Source: a virus
Taxonomy: Duplodnaviria; Heunggongvirae; Uroviricota; Caudoviricetes
Length of the DNA: 48,409 nucleotides
Virus record (IMG/VR): IMGVR_UViG_646564533_000016
Strand: one strand, 5' to 3'
This document shows positions 9,555-18,520 of this stretch, one piece after another (the first letter of the stretch is position 1; every line of letters starts with the position of its first letter). The notes below the pieces were generated by a model, which saw nothing but the letters and a program-made list of their open reading frames with translations, did not search any database and had not been told where the DNA came from. Both the position numbers and the translations under genes were made by a program.

Positions 9555-9590
9555 TAAAGGGTAATGAAAAGCCACCTTTGGGTGGCTAAT
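9555..9590 (-). terminator. Intrinsic terminator downstream of cI
   Basis: Hairpin AGCCACC-TTTG-GGTGGCT followed on the minus strand by a T-rich tract. Confidence 0.6.
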
Positions 9591-9607
9591 TGATGAGGAG
9601 GTAAGGG

Positions 9608-10300
9608 TTAATTGTGTCGCTTAAGGGTTTGTGACTGGCTGATTAAGACCTTTCCAAAGACCATAAACCGGTGTTCATTTTCGCTGGTAATTCCCCATTC
9701 ACGGTAAATCTGGTTATCAGAAATCACCAGTAGTTTGTCAGGTATCATTTGCAGTCGTTTGACATAAATTTTATCATCAAAACCAAATACATAGATACCA
9801 TCTCCATCAAACTGATTGATACTGACATCAACGAAGATGAGATCTCCTGGCTCAATGGTTGGACACATACTGTCCCCACGAACGTTGATAACTTTAATGT
9901 GATTGGCTGGCCGTCCGCCAAACATCGATACAGCATTATCAGTTCTGTATTCAATGGCATGAATCACATCAATGACATCACCGCCCTGGATAAGGCCATT
10001 TCCCGCACTGGCACTGACATCCAGCATTTCAATACGGAATACATCCTTCACCTGCGCAACATCCTCACTAATACTGTTTTTACATACAGTATTACTTTTG
10101 AAGTCTGAGGTAAAGAGATCAGCAATATCAACACCTAAGCTCCTGGCAATATTACTCAGGGCTTGTTCAGTGAATTGTTTCTGCTTACCTGTTTCCAGGC
10201 GTGAGATATTCGCCGCATCCACTCCTATTGCTTCAGCGAGATCGGCGATTTTCATGTTCTTCGCCTGGCGAAGTTGTCTGACTCGGTTTCCTATGTTCAT
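9608..10300 (-). CDS. CI-type prophage repressor (HTH_XRE N-terminus plus S24 LexA-like autopeptidase)
   Basis: 230 aa; HTH (IADLAEAIGVDAANISRLETGK); peptidase motifs GDSM (Ser) and KRL (Lys); no SD before ATG, suggesting a leaderless pRM-type transcript. Confidence 0.9.
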   Translation of the reverse strand: MNIGNRVRQLRQAKNMKIADLAEAIGVDAANISRLETGKQKQFTEQALSNIARSLGVDIADLFTSDFKSNTVCKNSISEDVAQVKDVFRIEMLDVSASAGNGLIQGGDVIDVIHAIEYRTDNAVSMFGGRPANHIKVINVRGDSMCPTIEPGDLIFVDVSINQFDGDGIYVFGFDDKIYVKRLQMIPDKLLVISDNQIYREWGITSENEHRFMVFGKVLISQSQTLKRHN

Positions 10301-10397
10301 GCGTTTATTACATTTCTTTATTGCGCGTTAAGCAAATCAACTTGCGCAAAATATTTGCGTGAAATAATATGCTCATCACGCAATATGTGGAGGTCAT
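10301..10397. promoter_or_regulatory. Divergent immunity promoter/operator region (oR, pRM/pR analogue)
   Basis: Operator-like TTGCGCGTTAAGCAA (10321..10335) and palindrome CGCAAA-ATA-TTTGCG (10345..10359); putative pR -35 TTGCGC (10342..10347) and -10 TAATAT (10365..10370) with 17-nt spacer; cro RBS GGAGG. Confidence 0.6.
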
Positions 10398-10658
10398 ATG
10401 CAATCACCATTACGGAATGTGCGTAAGGCGCACGGATTTACTTTGCAGCATGTTGCTGCTGGCGTTCAGGTCAATCCAGCGACGCTGAGTCGTATTGAAA
10501 GACTGGAACAAATTCCATCTATCGATCTTGCAGAACGTCTGGCCAATTTTTTTAAGGGTGAAATCAGCGAAATGCAGATTCTTTATCCGGCACGTTTTCA
10601 ATCTAGCCAAAACCAGAATGGGTTTAAACCACAGGAACAGGAGGTAAGCCGTGGGTAA
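10398..10658 (+). CDS. Cro-like HTH regulator
   Basis: 86 aa; HTH (FTLQHVAAGVQVNPATLSRIE); divergent from cI. Confidence 0.85.
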   Translation: MQSPLRNVRKAHGFTLQHVAAGVQVNPATLSRIERLEQIPSIDLAERLANFFKGEISEMQILYPARFQSSQNQNGFKPQEQEVSRG

Positions 10659-11202
10659 TCATCACTGGAAAGTGGAAAAACAGCCTGAGTGGTACGTGAA
10701 AGCTGTCAGAAAAACTATCGCGGCGTTGCCGGGGGGGTACGCTGAAGCTGCTGAGTGGCTGGATGTAACAGAGAACGCATTATTTAACCGCCTTCGTGCC
10801 GATGGCGATCAGATTTTCCCGCTGGGATGGGCAATGATTTTACAACGTGCTGGTGGCACTCACTTCATTGCTGACGCTGTGGCGCAGTCTGCAAATGGCG
10901 TCTTTGTGTCTCTTCCTGACGTCGAGGATGTGGACAATGCCGATATTAACCAGCGTTTACTGGAAGTCATTGAACAGATCGGCAGTTATTCAAAACAGAT
11001 TCGTTCGGCAATCGAAGACGGTGTAGTGGAACCGCATGAGAAGACAGCAATTAACGACGAGCTGTACCTCTCAATTTCGAAGCTGCAGGAGCATGCAGCA
11101 CTTGTCTACAAAATTTTTTGCGTTTCAGAAAGTAATGACGCCCGCGAGTGTGCAGCTCCGGGCGTCGTGGCGTTTTGTGTCCGTGGAGAAACTAACGCAT
11201 GA
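10651..11202 (+). CDS. CII-like phage regulatory protein (putative)
   Basis: 183 aa; GTG start preceded by strong SD AGGAGG; occupies the cII position after cro; family assignment uncertain. Confidence 0.55.
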   Translation: MGNHHWKVEKQPEWYVKAVRKTIAALPGGYAEAAEWLDVTENALFNRLRADGDQIFPLGWAMILQRAGGTHFIADAVAQSANGVFVSLPDVEDVDNADINQRLLEVIEQIGSYSKQIRSAIEDGVVEPHEKTAINDELYLSISKLQEHAALVYKIFCVSESNDARECAAPGVVAFCVRGETNA

Positions 11203-11537
11203 ACAGTTTAACAACACACTACCGTCGCTCGCAACTGATTGCGCTTCCTGTACCGGGTGGAAAAGCGAAGGTGGAGTATTGCTATGCAGTAAATGTACCA
11301 GGTGACAGGGAAATTGTAACCCACAGCTTTGCTGAGTGGGCTGTGGGGGATTTCAACCGGCAGAAGGAGACAGTCCTTTGCGACAAGTTAACCGCTGGTT
11401 CAAAGATCACTACGGAGTGCCCGTCAGAGTCATTCGTTGGGAGCCGGAAACACAACGGGTTATCTACCTCCGTGAAGGCTATGAGCATGAGTGCTTCAGC
11501 CCGCTCGAACAGTTTCGTCGTAAATTCAGGGAAATAG
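11199..11537 (+). CDS. Hypothetical protein; reading frame apparently disrupted (second overlapping frame 11336..11557)
   Basis: Frame A looks protein-like at its 5' end, frame B at its 3' end (…[31 protein letters not shown]); frame B has no ATG. Confidence 0.3.
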   Translation: MNSLTTHYRRSQLIALPVPGGKAKVEYCYAVNVPGDREIVTHSFAEWAVGDFNRQKETVLCDKLTAGSKITTECPSESFVGSRKHNGLSTSVKAMSMSASARSNSFVVNSGK

Positions 11538-11546
11538 AGGTCGGTC

Positions 11547-12488
11547 ATGAGCACTAAATTAACCGGCTATGTATGGGATGGTTGCGCTGCGTCAGGCATG
11601 AAATTATCCAGCGTGGCAATTATGGCCCGCCTGGCTGATTTCAGTAATGACGAAGGTGTGTGCTGGCCATCAATTGAAACTATTGCCCGTCAGATTGGCG
11701 CGGGGATGAGTACCGTCAGAACGGCTATCGCACGGCTGGAAGCAGAAGGCTGGTTAACGCGTAAGGCGCGTCGCCAGGGTAACCGCAATGCGTCGAATGT
11801 TTATCAGCTTAACGTTGCGAAGCTTCAGGCAGCGGCATTTTCTCAACTGTCAGATTCTGACCCGTCAAAATCTGACGCATCAAAATCTGACCCGTCAAAA
11901 TTTGATGCGTCGAAATCTGGCAAAAAAGCGGGTTTTCACCCGTCAGAATCTGGCGGGGATCCGTCAGTAAAATCAAAACATGATCCGTCAGATAAAAAAC
12001 CTTCTCGTCCGGACGCTTCGCAACCGGACACGCAGACGGCTGAACAGGATTTTTTAACTCGCCATCCTGATGCGGTTGTATTCAGCCCTAAAAAGCGCCA
12101 GTGGGGAACGCAGGATGATTTGACCTGCGCACAGTGGCTCTGGAAAAAAATCATTGCCCTGTACGAGCAGGCCGCCGAATGTGACGGCGAGGTGGTTCGT
12201 CCCAAAGAACCGAACTGGACAGCATGGGCAAACGAAATTCGCCTGATGTGTGTGCAGGATGGTCGTACTCACAAACAAATCTGCGAGATGTACAGCCGCG
12301 TCAGCCGCGATCCGTTCTGGTGCCGTAACGTGCTCAGCCCGTCGAAGTTGCGGGAAAAATGGGATGAGCTTTCCCTGCGCTTATCGCCGTCCGTCAGCAC
12401 GCACACAGAAAAACGTGAAGACCCGTACTTCAAAGCCAGTTACGACAACGTGGACTACAGCCAGATCCCGGCAGGATTCAGGGGGTGA
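11547..12488 (+). CDS. Replication initiator, O-like (N-terminal HTH, low-complexity linker that carries the iterons)
   Basis: 313 aa; SD GAGG; N-terminal HTH (SIETIARQIGAGMSTVRTAIARLEAEGWL); SDPSKSDASKSDPSKFDASKS linker encoded by tandem DNA repeats. Confidence 0.7.
   Translation: MSTKLTGYVWDGCAASGMKLSSVAIMARLADFSNDEGVCWPSIETIARQIGAGMSTVRTAIARLEAEGWLTRKARRQGNRNASNVYQLNVAKLQAAAFSQLSDSDPSKSDASKSDPSKFDASKSGKKAGFHPSESGGDPSVKSKHDPSDKKPSRPDASQPDTQTAEQDFLTRHPDAVVFSPKKRQWGTQDDLTCAQWLWKKIIALYEQAAECDGEVVRPKEPNWTAWANEIRLMCVQDGRTHKQICEMYSRVSRDPFWCRNVLSPSKLREKWDELSLRLSPSVSTHTEKREDPYFKASYDNVDYSQIPAGFRG
11855..12000. repeat. Iteron-like direct repeats (about seven CCGTCA(A/G)AAT(C/T)TG units) inside the O-like gene; putative origin of replication
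   Basis: gacccgtcaaaatctgac / gcatcaaaatctgac / ccgtcaaaatttgat / gcgtcgaaatctggc / ccgtcagaatctggc / ccgtcagtaaaatca / ccgtcagataaaaaa, followed by an A/T-richer stretch. Confidence 0.55.
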
Positions 12489-12490
12489 TC

Positions 12491-12979
12491 ATGAGTCTTT
12501 TGAATGACGTTCAGAAATTCATTGAAGCCCATCCGGGCTGTACTTCCGGAGACATTGCAGATGCTTTTGCTGGTTACTCACGGCAGCGCGTTCTGCAGTC
12601 AGCAAGCAAGTTACGTCAGAGTGGGCGTGTGGCTCACCGTTGTGAAGGAGATACACGCAGACATTTCCCGCGCCTGACTGAGAGAGCGCAGGAGCCGGAA
12701 CCACAATCTGTTCGTGAAACCAGACCTGTGCGCAATTTCTATGTCGGCACTAACGACCCCCGGGTGATTTTGTGCCTGACCCGCCAGGCTGAAGAACTGG
12801 AGTCCAGGGGCTTATTCCGTCGAGCTGCAACGGTGTGGATGGCGGCATTCCGTGAAAGCCACTCCCAGCCAGAACGAAACAATTTTCTGGCGCATCGTGA
12901 GCGGTGCTTACGGAAAAGCAGCAAGCGCGCTGCATCGGGTGAAGAGTGGTATCTGTCAGGGAATTACGTGGGGGCTTAA
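12491..12979 (+). CDS. Putative winged-helix / PerC-like transcriptional regulator
   Basis: ATG at 12491 with SD GGGGGTGA, overlapping the O-like stop; motif GLFRRAATVWMAAF; weak family assignment. Confidence 0.5.
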   Translation: MSLLNDVQKFIEAHPGCTSGDIADAFAGYSRQRVLQSASKLRQSGRVAHRCEGDTRRHFPRLTERAQEPEPQSVRETRPVRNFYVGTNDPRVILCLTRQAEELESRGLFRRAATVWMAAFRESHSQPERNNFLAHRERCLRKSSKRAASGEEWYLSGNYVGA

Positions 12980-13632
12980 TGAGTAATAAATATTGCCAGG
13001 CGCTGGTGGAGCTGCGGAACAAACCAGCCCATGAACTGAAGGAAGTGGGCGATCAGTGGCGCACGCCGGACAACATTTTCTGGGGAATTAACACCCTGTT
13101 TGGCCCGTTTGTTCTGGATCTGTTTACTGATGGTGATAACGCCAAATGTGCCGCTTATTACACTGCGGAAGACAACGCGCTGGCGCATGACTGGTCAGAA
13201 CGTCTTGCGGAGCTTAAAGGTGCTGCCTTTGGTAATCCCCCGTACAGCCGCGCCAGTCAGCATGAGGGGCAATACATCACCGGCATGCGTTACATCATGA
13301 AACATGCCAGTGCTATGCGTGATAAAGGCGGGCGCTATGTTTTCCTGATCAAAGCTGCCACCAGCGAAGTGTGGTGGCCGGAAGATGCAGACCATATTGC
13401 TTTTATTCGCGGGCGTATTGGTTTTGAACTGCCTGCCTGGTTTATCCCGAAGGATGAGAAGCAGGTGCCGACAGGCGCTTTCTTCGCTGGTGCTATTGCT
13501 GTTTTCGACAAGACCTGGAAGGGACCGGCAATCAGCTACATCGGGCGCGATGAACTTGAGGCATGTGGTGAGGCGTTTCTGGCGCAGGTTCGCCAGCAGG
13601 CGGAAAAACTGGTCAGGGAGATGGCGGCATGA
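12979..13632 (+). CDS. Phage orphan DNA N6-adenine methyltransferase (Dam-type)
   Basis: FGNPPYS catalytic motif; ATG at 12979 overlaps the previous stop (TAATG); preceded by GGGG. Confidence 0.85.
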   Translation: MSNKYCQALVELRNKPAHELKEVGDQWRTPDNIFWGINTLFGPFVLDLFTDGDNAKCAAYYTAEDNALAHDWSERLAELKGAAFGNPPYSRASQHEGQYITGMRYIMKHASAMRDKGGRYVFLIKAATSEVWWPEDADHIAFIRGRIGFELPAWFIPKDEKQVPTGAFFAGAIAVFDKTWKGPAISYIGRDELEACGEAFLAQVRQQAEKLVREMAA

Positions 13633-13955
13633 CGACGTTAACTCAATGCCAGCAGCAGGTGCTGGATATGCTGATTTCTTATCAGAAAGAACGTGGCTTC
13701 CCGCCAACCAATCAGGAGGTGGCAACCATGCTGGGATACCGTTCAGTGAATGCAGCGGTGGAGCATCTTCGCGCACTGGAGAAAAAAGGCGTCATCACGA
13801 TAAAGCGTGGTGTGGCCCGGGGGATCACGCTTCATACCGTGGTGAAGGACGACGACAGCGAGGCGGTCGGGATTATCCGCTCACTGCTTGCCGGTGAGGA
13901 AAACGCCAGGCTGCGTGCAGCCCATTGGTTACATGAGAGAGGCCTGAAAGTATGA
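13629..13955 (+). CDS. LexA-type winged-helix DNA-binding protein (LexA N-terminal domain only, no peptidase)
   Basis: 108 aa; QQQVLDMLISYQKERGFPPTNQEVATMLGYRSVNAAVEHLRALEKKGVI resembles the LexA DNA-binding domain; ATGA overlap with Dam. Confidence 0.6.
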   Translation: MTTLTQCQQQVLDMLISYQKERGFPPTNQEVATMLGYRSVNAAVEHLRALEKKGVITIKRGVARGITLHTVVKDDDSEAVGIIRSLLAGEENARLRAAHWLHERGLKV

Positions 13956-14347
13956 AGCTGCTCCTGCCTTTTCCGCCCAGCGTGAACACGTACTGGCGAC
14001 ACCCCAACAAAGGGGCGTTTGCTGGTAAGAGCCTGATAAGCGCGGCGGGGCGAAAATTCCAGAGCGCGGCGTGTGCAGCAATAGTTGAGCAGTTACGTCG
14101 TCTGCCGAAACCAACGTCGGCACCTGCTTCAGTGGAGATCGTGTTGTTTCCTCCGGATAACCGGATCCGCGATCTGGACAACTATAACAAGGCGCTGTTT
14201 GACGCCCTGACCCACGCGGGTGTGTGGGAAGACGACAGTCAGGTGAAAAGAATGCTGGTGGAGTGGGGACCGGTTATCCCGGAGGGGAAGGTCGAGATCA
14301 CTATCAGTAAGTACGAAAAAGCGAGTTGCAAATTAGCAACTCGGTAA
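13952..14347 (+). CDS. rusA: Holliday-junction resolvase RusA
   Basis: 131 aa; LPFPPSVNTYW...DLDNYNKALFDAL...GVWEDDSQV; SD GAGAGAGG. Confidence 0.9.
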   Translation: MKLLLPFPPSVNTYWRHPNKGAFAGKSLISAAGRKFQSAACAAIVEQLRRLPKPTSAPASVEIVLFPPDNRIRDLDNYNKALFDALTHAGVWEDDSQVKRMLVEWGPVIPEGKVEITISKYEKASCKLATR

Positions 14348-14509
14348 CGGAATTGAGCAACACCCTAAATTTGGGTATTACCTCGTTAAAGATACTGTAT
14401 TTATGAACAGTGTATCCTTGATAACTATTAAAAATCGCAGTAAGTTCATCCGGCATCAACGAAAAGGGAGTGCAGTCCCGCTCGTGGATAAAAATTTGTG
14501 GAGAAACCA

Positions 14510-15325
14510 ATGAATCAGTTGCTTGTAATTGATGGCGTTTCTGTGCGCCAGTACTTCGAATCTAACTACTGTCTTAACGACCTTCAGAAAGCTGCTCTTC
14601 TTGCCGCTGGTGAGAATCGCTCCTCCCGTTCGCTGGAAGTTCACGAGTTTATGCGTCGTCCTGAAACGAAGGCTCTTGTGGAATTATTGGAAGAAGAAAC
14701 TACGGGAGATTCCCGTAGTATTCCTGTCATCACCATTCAGGGGCGCAATGGTGGGACGTATGTCTGTAAAGAGCTGGTCTATGCATATGCAATGTGGATC
14801 AGCCCGGCATTCAGCTTAAAAGTGATACGTACTTTTGATGCGCTTCATAATTCATCACCAGAAGAAACCACATCCGACAAAATTAAATCCGGGGTCATTC
14901 TGCTTGAATCAGCAGCAAAGACTCTAAATCTGTCAAACTCCTCGAAACTTGGTGCATACCAGAAATTATCAAAGGTAGCTGGTCTTCCTGAACTTATGCC
15001 GATCTATGCCATTGATGCACCTGCTGATGCGCCAGATGGTTCAAGCCGCCCTACGCTGTCGCTGAGTGCACTGCTGAAGCAGTATGGTATCCGCCTGACG
15101 GCTAATCAGGCATATCACCAGATGGCGAAGCTGGGGATCGTTGAACAACGCGAACGATACAGTCGTACCGCGATTAACAACATCAAAAAATTCTGGTCGC
15201 TGACCGCGAAAGGCTGCATGTTCGGCAAGAACATCACCAGTCCTGCAAATCCGCGCGAGACGCAGCCGCATTTCTTCGAATCCCGATTCCCTGAGCTGTT
15301 AAAGCTGCTCGATACCGTTCATTGA
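14510..15325 (+). CDS. KilA-N domain protein (antirepressor-like)
   Basis: ATG at 14510 with SD GGAG; GTYVCKELVYAYAMWISPAFSLKVIRTFD matches the KilA-N core. Confidence 0.7.
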   Translation: MNQLLVIDGVSVRQYFESNYCLNDLQKAALLAAGENRSSRSLEVHEFMRRPETKALVELLEEETTGDSRSIPVITIQGRNGGTYVCKELVYAYAMWISPAFSLKVIRTFDALHNSSPEETTSDKIKSGVILLESAAKTLNLSNSSKLGAYQKLSKVAGLPELMPIYAIDAPADAPDGSSRPTLSLSALLKQYGIRLTANQAYHQMAKLGIVEQRERYSRTAINNIKKFWSLTAKGCMFGKNITSPANPRETQPHFFESRFPELLKLLDTVH

Positions 15326-15326
15326 G

Positions 15327-16322
15327 GTGACCGTGAGAGCACTACTGACCCCTGAAATTGCCCCGCGTATGGGGATCGTATTGTTCAGACCAGGTTCAGA
15401 GCTGATGCCCTTGTTTATGCAGGGGCGTGTCCTGCTGGAGCCTGAGCCGGAACGTTATTCATCTTTCGCCAGTGGTGCCGTTCCGGCGGCATCACAACCG
15501 CTGGCGGATGATCCTGCCGTTCGGGCCGTGTTCCGCAATGAGGCAGTGATCCGTCGTGCTGGTGGCGTGGAATGTCTTGAAAGCTGGTTACTTCGTGAAA
15601 AAGGCTGCCAGTGGCCTCATTCCGACTGGCACAGCGAGAACATGACAACAATGCGACACGCTCCGGGCGCAATCCGTCTGTGCTGGCACTGCGATAACCA
15701 GCTGCGCGATCAGTTCACGGAACGGCTGGAATCAATGGCAACGGATAACTGTGCCCGCTGGGTGTTGTCTGTTGTGCGTCGGGATCTCGGTTTTGATGAC
15801 AGTCATGTTGTGACAATGCCGGAACTGTGCTGGTGGCTGATTCGTAATGATCTGGCGGATGCCTTACCGGAAAGTGCAGCCCGTAAGGCACTGAGATTAC
15901 CGAAGCCTGTTGTGCCGTCTGTTACCCGGGAAAGTGACCTTGTGCCTTCGGTTCCTGCCACCAGCATCATCCAGGATAAGGCGAAAAAGGTGCTGGCGCT
16001 GAAAGTGGATCCGGAGTCGCCGGAGTCTTTTATGTTACGCCCAAAACGTCACCGCTGGGTTAATGAAAAGTACACGCGCTGGGTTAAGACGCAGCCGTGC
16101 GCATGTTGTGGAAAACCTGCTGATGATCCCCACCACCTGATAGGCCACGGTCAGGGGGGAATGGGTACAAAAGCGCATGACCTTTTTGTGTTGCCTTTGT
16201 GCAGAAAGCATCACGACGAGCTGCATGCGGATACCGTGGCATTTGAAGAGAAGTATGGCTCCCAGCTGGAGCTGATATTTCGTTTTATCGATCGTGCGCT
16301 GGCAATAGGCGTACTGGCGTAA
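15327..16322 (+). CDS. DUF968-type phage protein with C-terminal Cys/His (HNH-like) motif
   Basis: C-terminus CACCGKPADDPHHLIGHGQGG...LCRKHHDELH; start uncertain (GTG 15327 or 15333 after GAGG). Confidence 0.65.
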   Translation: MTVRALLTPEIAPRMGIVLFRPGSELMPLFMQGRVLLEPEPERYSSFASGAVPAASQPLADDPAVRAVFRNEAVIRRAGGVECLESWLLREKGCQWPHSDWHSENMTTMRHAPGAIRLCWHCDNQLRDQFTERLESMATDNCARWVLSVVRRDLGFDDSHVVTMPELCWWLIRNDLADALPESAARKALRLPKPVVPSVTRESDLVPSVPATSIIQDKAKKVLALKVDPESPESFMLRPKRHRWVNEKYTRWVKTQPCACCGKPADDPHHLIGHGQGGMGTKAHDLFVLPLCRKHHDELHADTVAFEEKYGSQLELIFRFIDRALAIGVLA

Positions 16323-16335
16323 GTGGAGAACGAGC

Positions 16336-17088
16336 ATGAACCTTGAAGCCTTACCAAAATATTACTCCCCAAAATCTCCAAAATTGAGTGATGACGCACC
16401 GGCGACAGGCTCTGGTGGTTTAACGATTACGGATGTGATGGCTGCGCAGGGGATGGTGCAGTCGAAAGCACCGCTTGGGTTTGCCTTATTCCTGGCAAAA
16501 GTTGGTGTTCAGGATCCTCAGTTTGCGATTGAAGGTCTGCTCAATTACGCGATGGCACTGGATAACCCGACATTGAATAAATTGAGTGAAGAAACCCGGC
16601 TACAGATTATTCCTTACCTTGTGAATTTTGCCTTTGCTGATTATTCCAGGTCTGCGGCAAGTAAGGCTCGTTGTGAGCATTGTGCTGGTACTGGATTTCA
16701 TAATGTATTGCGCGAAGTGGTGAAACACTCCAGAAGCGGGGAATCTGTTATCAAAGAAGAGTGGGTGAAGGAACTATGTCAGCATTGCCATGGTAAGGGA
16801 GAAGTCAGCACAGCGTGCAGAGGGTGTAAGGGTAAAGGTATTGTCTTGGATGAAAAAAGGACCCGGCTTCATGGCACACCTGTTTATAAGATTTGTGGGC
16901 GTTGCAATGGAAAACGGTTTAGTCGTTTACCAACCACACTGGCGCGGCATCATGTCCAGAAGCTGGTACCGGACCTGAGTGATTATCAGTGGTATAAAGG
17001 ATATGCAAATGTCATTGATAAACTGGTTACAAAGTGCTGGCAGGAGGAATCTTACGCTGAAGCACAATTGAGAAAGGTGACGAGATAA
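16336..17088 (+). CDS. Late-gene antiterminator Q
   Basis: 250 aa; Cys-rich zinc-binding region (CEHCAGTG...CQHCHGKG...CRGCKGKG...CGRCNGK); followed directly by the pR'/tR' unit; SD GGAG. Confidence 0.85.
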   Translation: MNLEALPKYYSPKSPKLSDDAPATGSGGLTITDVMAAQGMVQSKAPLGFALFLAKVGVQDPQFAIEGLLNYAMALDNPTLNKLSEETRLQIIPYLVNFAFADYSRSAASKARCEHCAGTGFHNVLREVVKHSRSGESVIKEEWVKELCQHCHGKGEVSTACRGCKGKGIVLDEKRTRLHGTPVYKICGRCNGKRFSRLPTTLARHHVQKLVPDLSDYQWYKGYANVIDKLVTKCWQEESYAEAQLRKVTR

Positions 17089-17119
17089 GTGATTTTCGCC
17101 GAAGATGGCGACGTGATGC

Positions 17120-17148
17120 TTGCATTTTTCAAAAAATATGGATAAAAT
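17120..17148 (+). promoter_or_regulatory. pR'-like late promoter (Q-utilisation region)
   Basis: -35 TTGCAT (17120..17125), 17-nt spacer, -10 TAAAAT (17143..17148), immediately after Q. Confidence 0.6.
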
Positions 17149-17194
17149 TTTTTCAACGATGGGCTTTGTATACCCGAAGTTAAGAAAAAGTAGA

Positions 17195-17219
17195 AAACCC
17201 GCTGATGAGCGGGTTTTTG
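17195..17219 (+). terminator. tR'-like intrinsic terminator (Q antitermination target)
   Basis: CCCGC-TGATGA-GCGGG hairpin followed by TTTTT, about 50 nt downstream of the putative -10. Confidence 0.8.
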
Positions 17220-17510
17220 TGCTTTAAATAGGGTAATAGAGATGTTGAATCTCATTACGGGATTCATGTTAGTTTACTTATTATTTATCGGGTGACTTTG
17301 TTTTTTGCCTGATGTTTAAAATGTTTTCTTCCAGTACAATGTCCATAGATACAATGAGTCTGCTTATTACATTATTAGCAGAGCTATTAAGGTCAAAGTA
17401 CAGCATAAGCTTTTAAAGCCAATCAACCAGTCATCAAGACAGACGGGTTTATTCATGAAAACTCTCCATGTTTGATTCGATGGGGCTTGAAGTTAAAGCT
17501 TTAATATAGC

Positions 17511-17723
17511 TCATGAAAGGTAAACATTGGCAGCTGATGGTCCACGCAGACCATTTATCCGGCAAAATTCCACGCGTAATCCGGTGGTAATTTCTTCTGC
17601 ATCGCGGAGATTGAGCGCTGAAACATGAAGCTGGACATCGATACGACCATCGGATGGGGTTATAAGACCTTTGCCGCTTTTGCCGTCAAAGGTTTTGAGA
17701 ATTCCTGTCATTTTACGGGACAA
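17511..17723 (-). CDS. cspF: Cold-shock-like protein, CspF/CspH type
   Basis: 70 aa; MSRKMTGI(L/V)[18 protein letters not shown]...[13 protein letters not shown]. Confidence 0.85.
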   Translation of the reverse strand: MSRKMTGILKTFDGKSGKGLITPSDGRIDVQLHVSALNLRDAEEITTGLRVEFCRINGLRGPSAANVYLS

Positions 17724-18023
17724 AAAAATTCCTTAATACTGATAACTTGGCGCACTATACACACGTTCCTGAAGAAAGCTATAGTTTTTTGATGGGGTTG
17801 AAGATGGCTGGATGTCTAAAATAAACATTGCTTCATATGTTCAACTATGCGTTAATGATTGCGTCGGTTTGAAGAACAGACGATATACGAAGTAGTTTAC
17901 TAAAGCAGTTCTCATTTCAGGTGTTATTCACTTATTCCTTCTTTGAGTCTCTCCAATTAAGTACGAAGTCGTTTCTGTTATACAAGCCATTTATGCCGAA
18001 AGGCTCAAGTTAAGGAATGTAGA

Positions 18024-18239
18024 ATGTCAAATAAAATGACTGGTTTAGTAAAATGGTTTAACGCTGATAAAGGTTTTGGCTTTATTTCTCCTGTTGATGG
18101 TAGTAAAGATGTGTTTGTGCATTTTTCTGCGATTCAGAATGATAATTATCGAACCTTATTTGAAGGTCAAAAGGTTACCTTCTCTGTAGAGAGTGGTGCT
18201 AAAGGTCCTGCAGCAGCAAATGTCATAATTACTGATTAA
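18024..18239 (+). CDS. cspB: Cold-shock protein CspB-like
   Basis: 71 aa; [38 protein letters not shown]; divergent from the cspF-like gene. Confidence 0.9.
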   Translation: MSNKMTGLVKWFNADKGFGFISPVDGSKDVFVHFSAIQNDNYRTLFEGQKVTFSVESGAKGPAAANVIITD

Positions 18240-18520
18240 AATTCATAGTTTGTCTGTATACGATAACGAAGAAGGCTGATGCCTGAGTGGAGATACAGAC
18301 AGAGTGGTGAATATTGGATCTCTTTAATAAAGAGTAAGGAGGTCCAATACATGAAACAATGGCCAGCATATTTGGCAATAACTTAATCAGGAAAAGTATG
18401 CTAACCATTGTGGTGAAGTGCAGGTTTGCTGCATGAATAGTTTTACAGCAGAAGCTAACTGCTGGCATAGCAAAACAAAGTGCGTAAGTGGATGACTCCC
18501 ACAAAAAGTACCACAATATT

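Noticed and set aside
11855-12000. CRISPR array
   Set aside because: The repeats are short (about 15 bp), imperfect, in frame within a coding sequence and lack spacers of uniform length; they are iterons, not CRISPR repeats. No cas genes in the window.
12946-12978. Longer N-terminal extension of the Dam methylase (ORF-track start 12946)
   Set aside because: The ATG at 12979 overlaps the upstream stop codon (TAATG) and is preceded by a G-rich RBS; the extension would overlap the previous gene by 34 nt.
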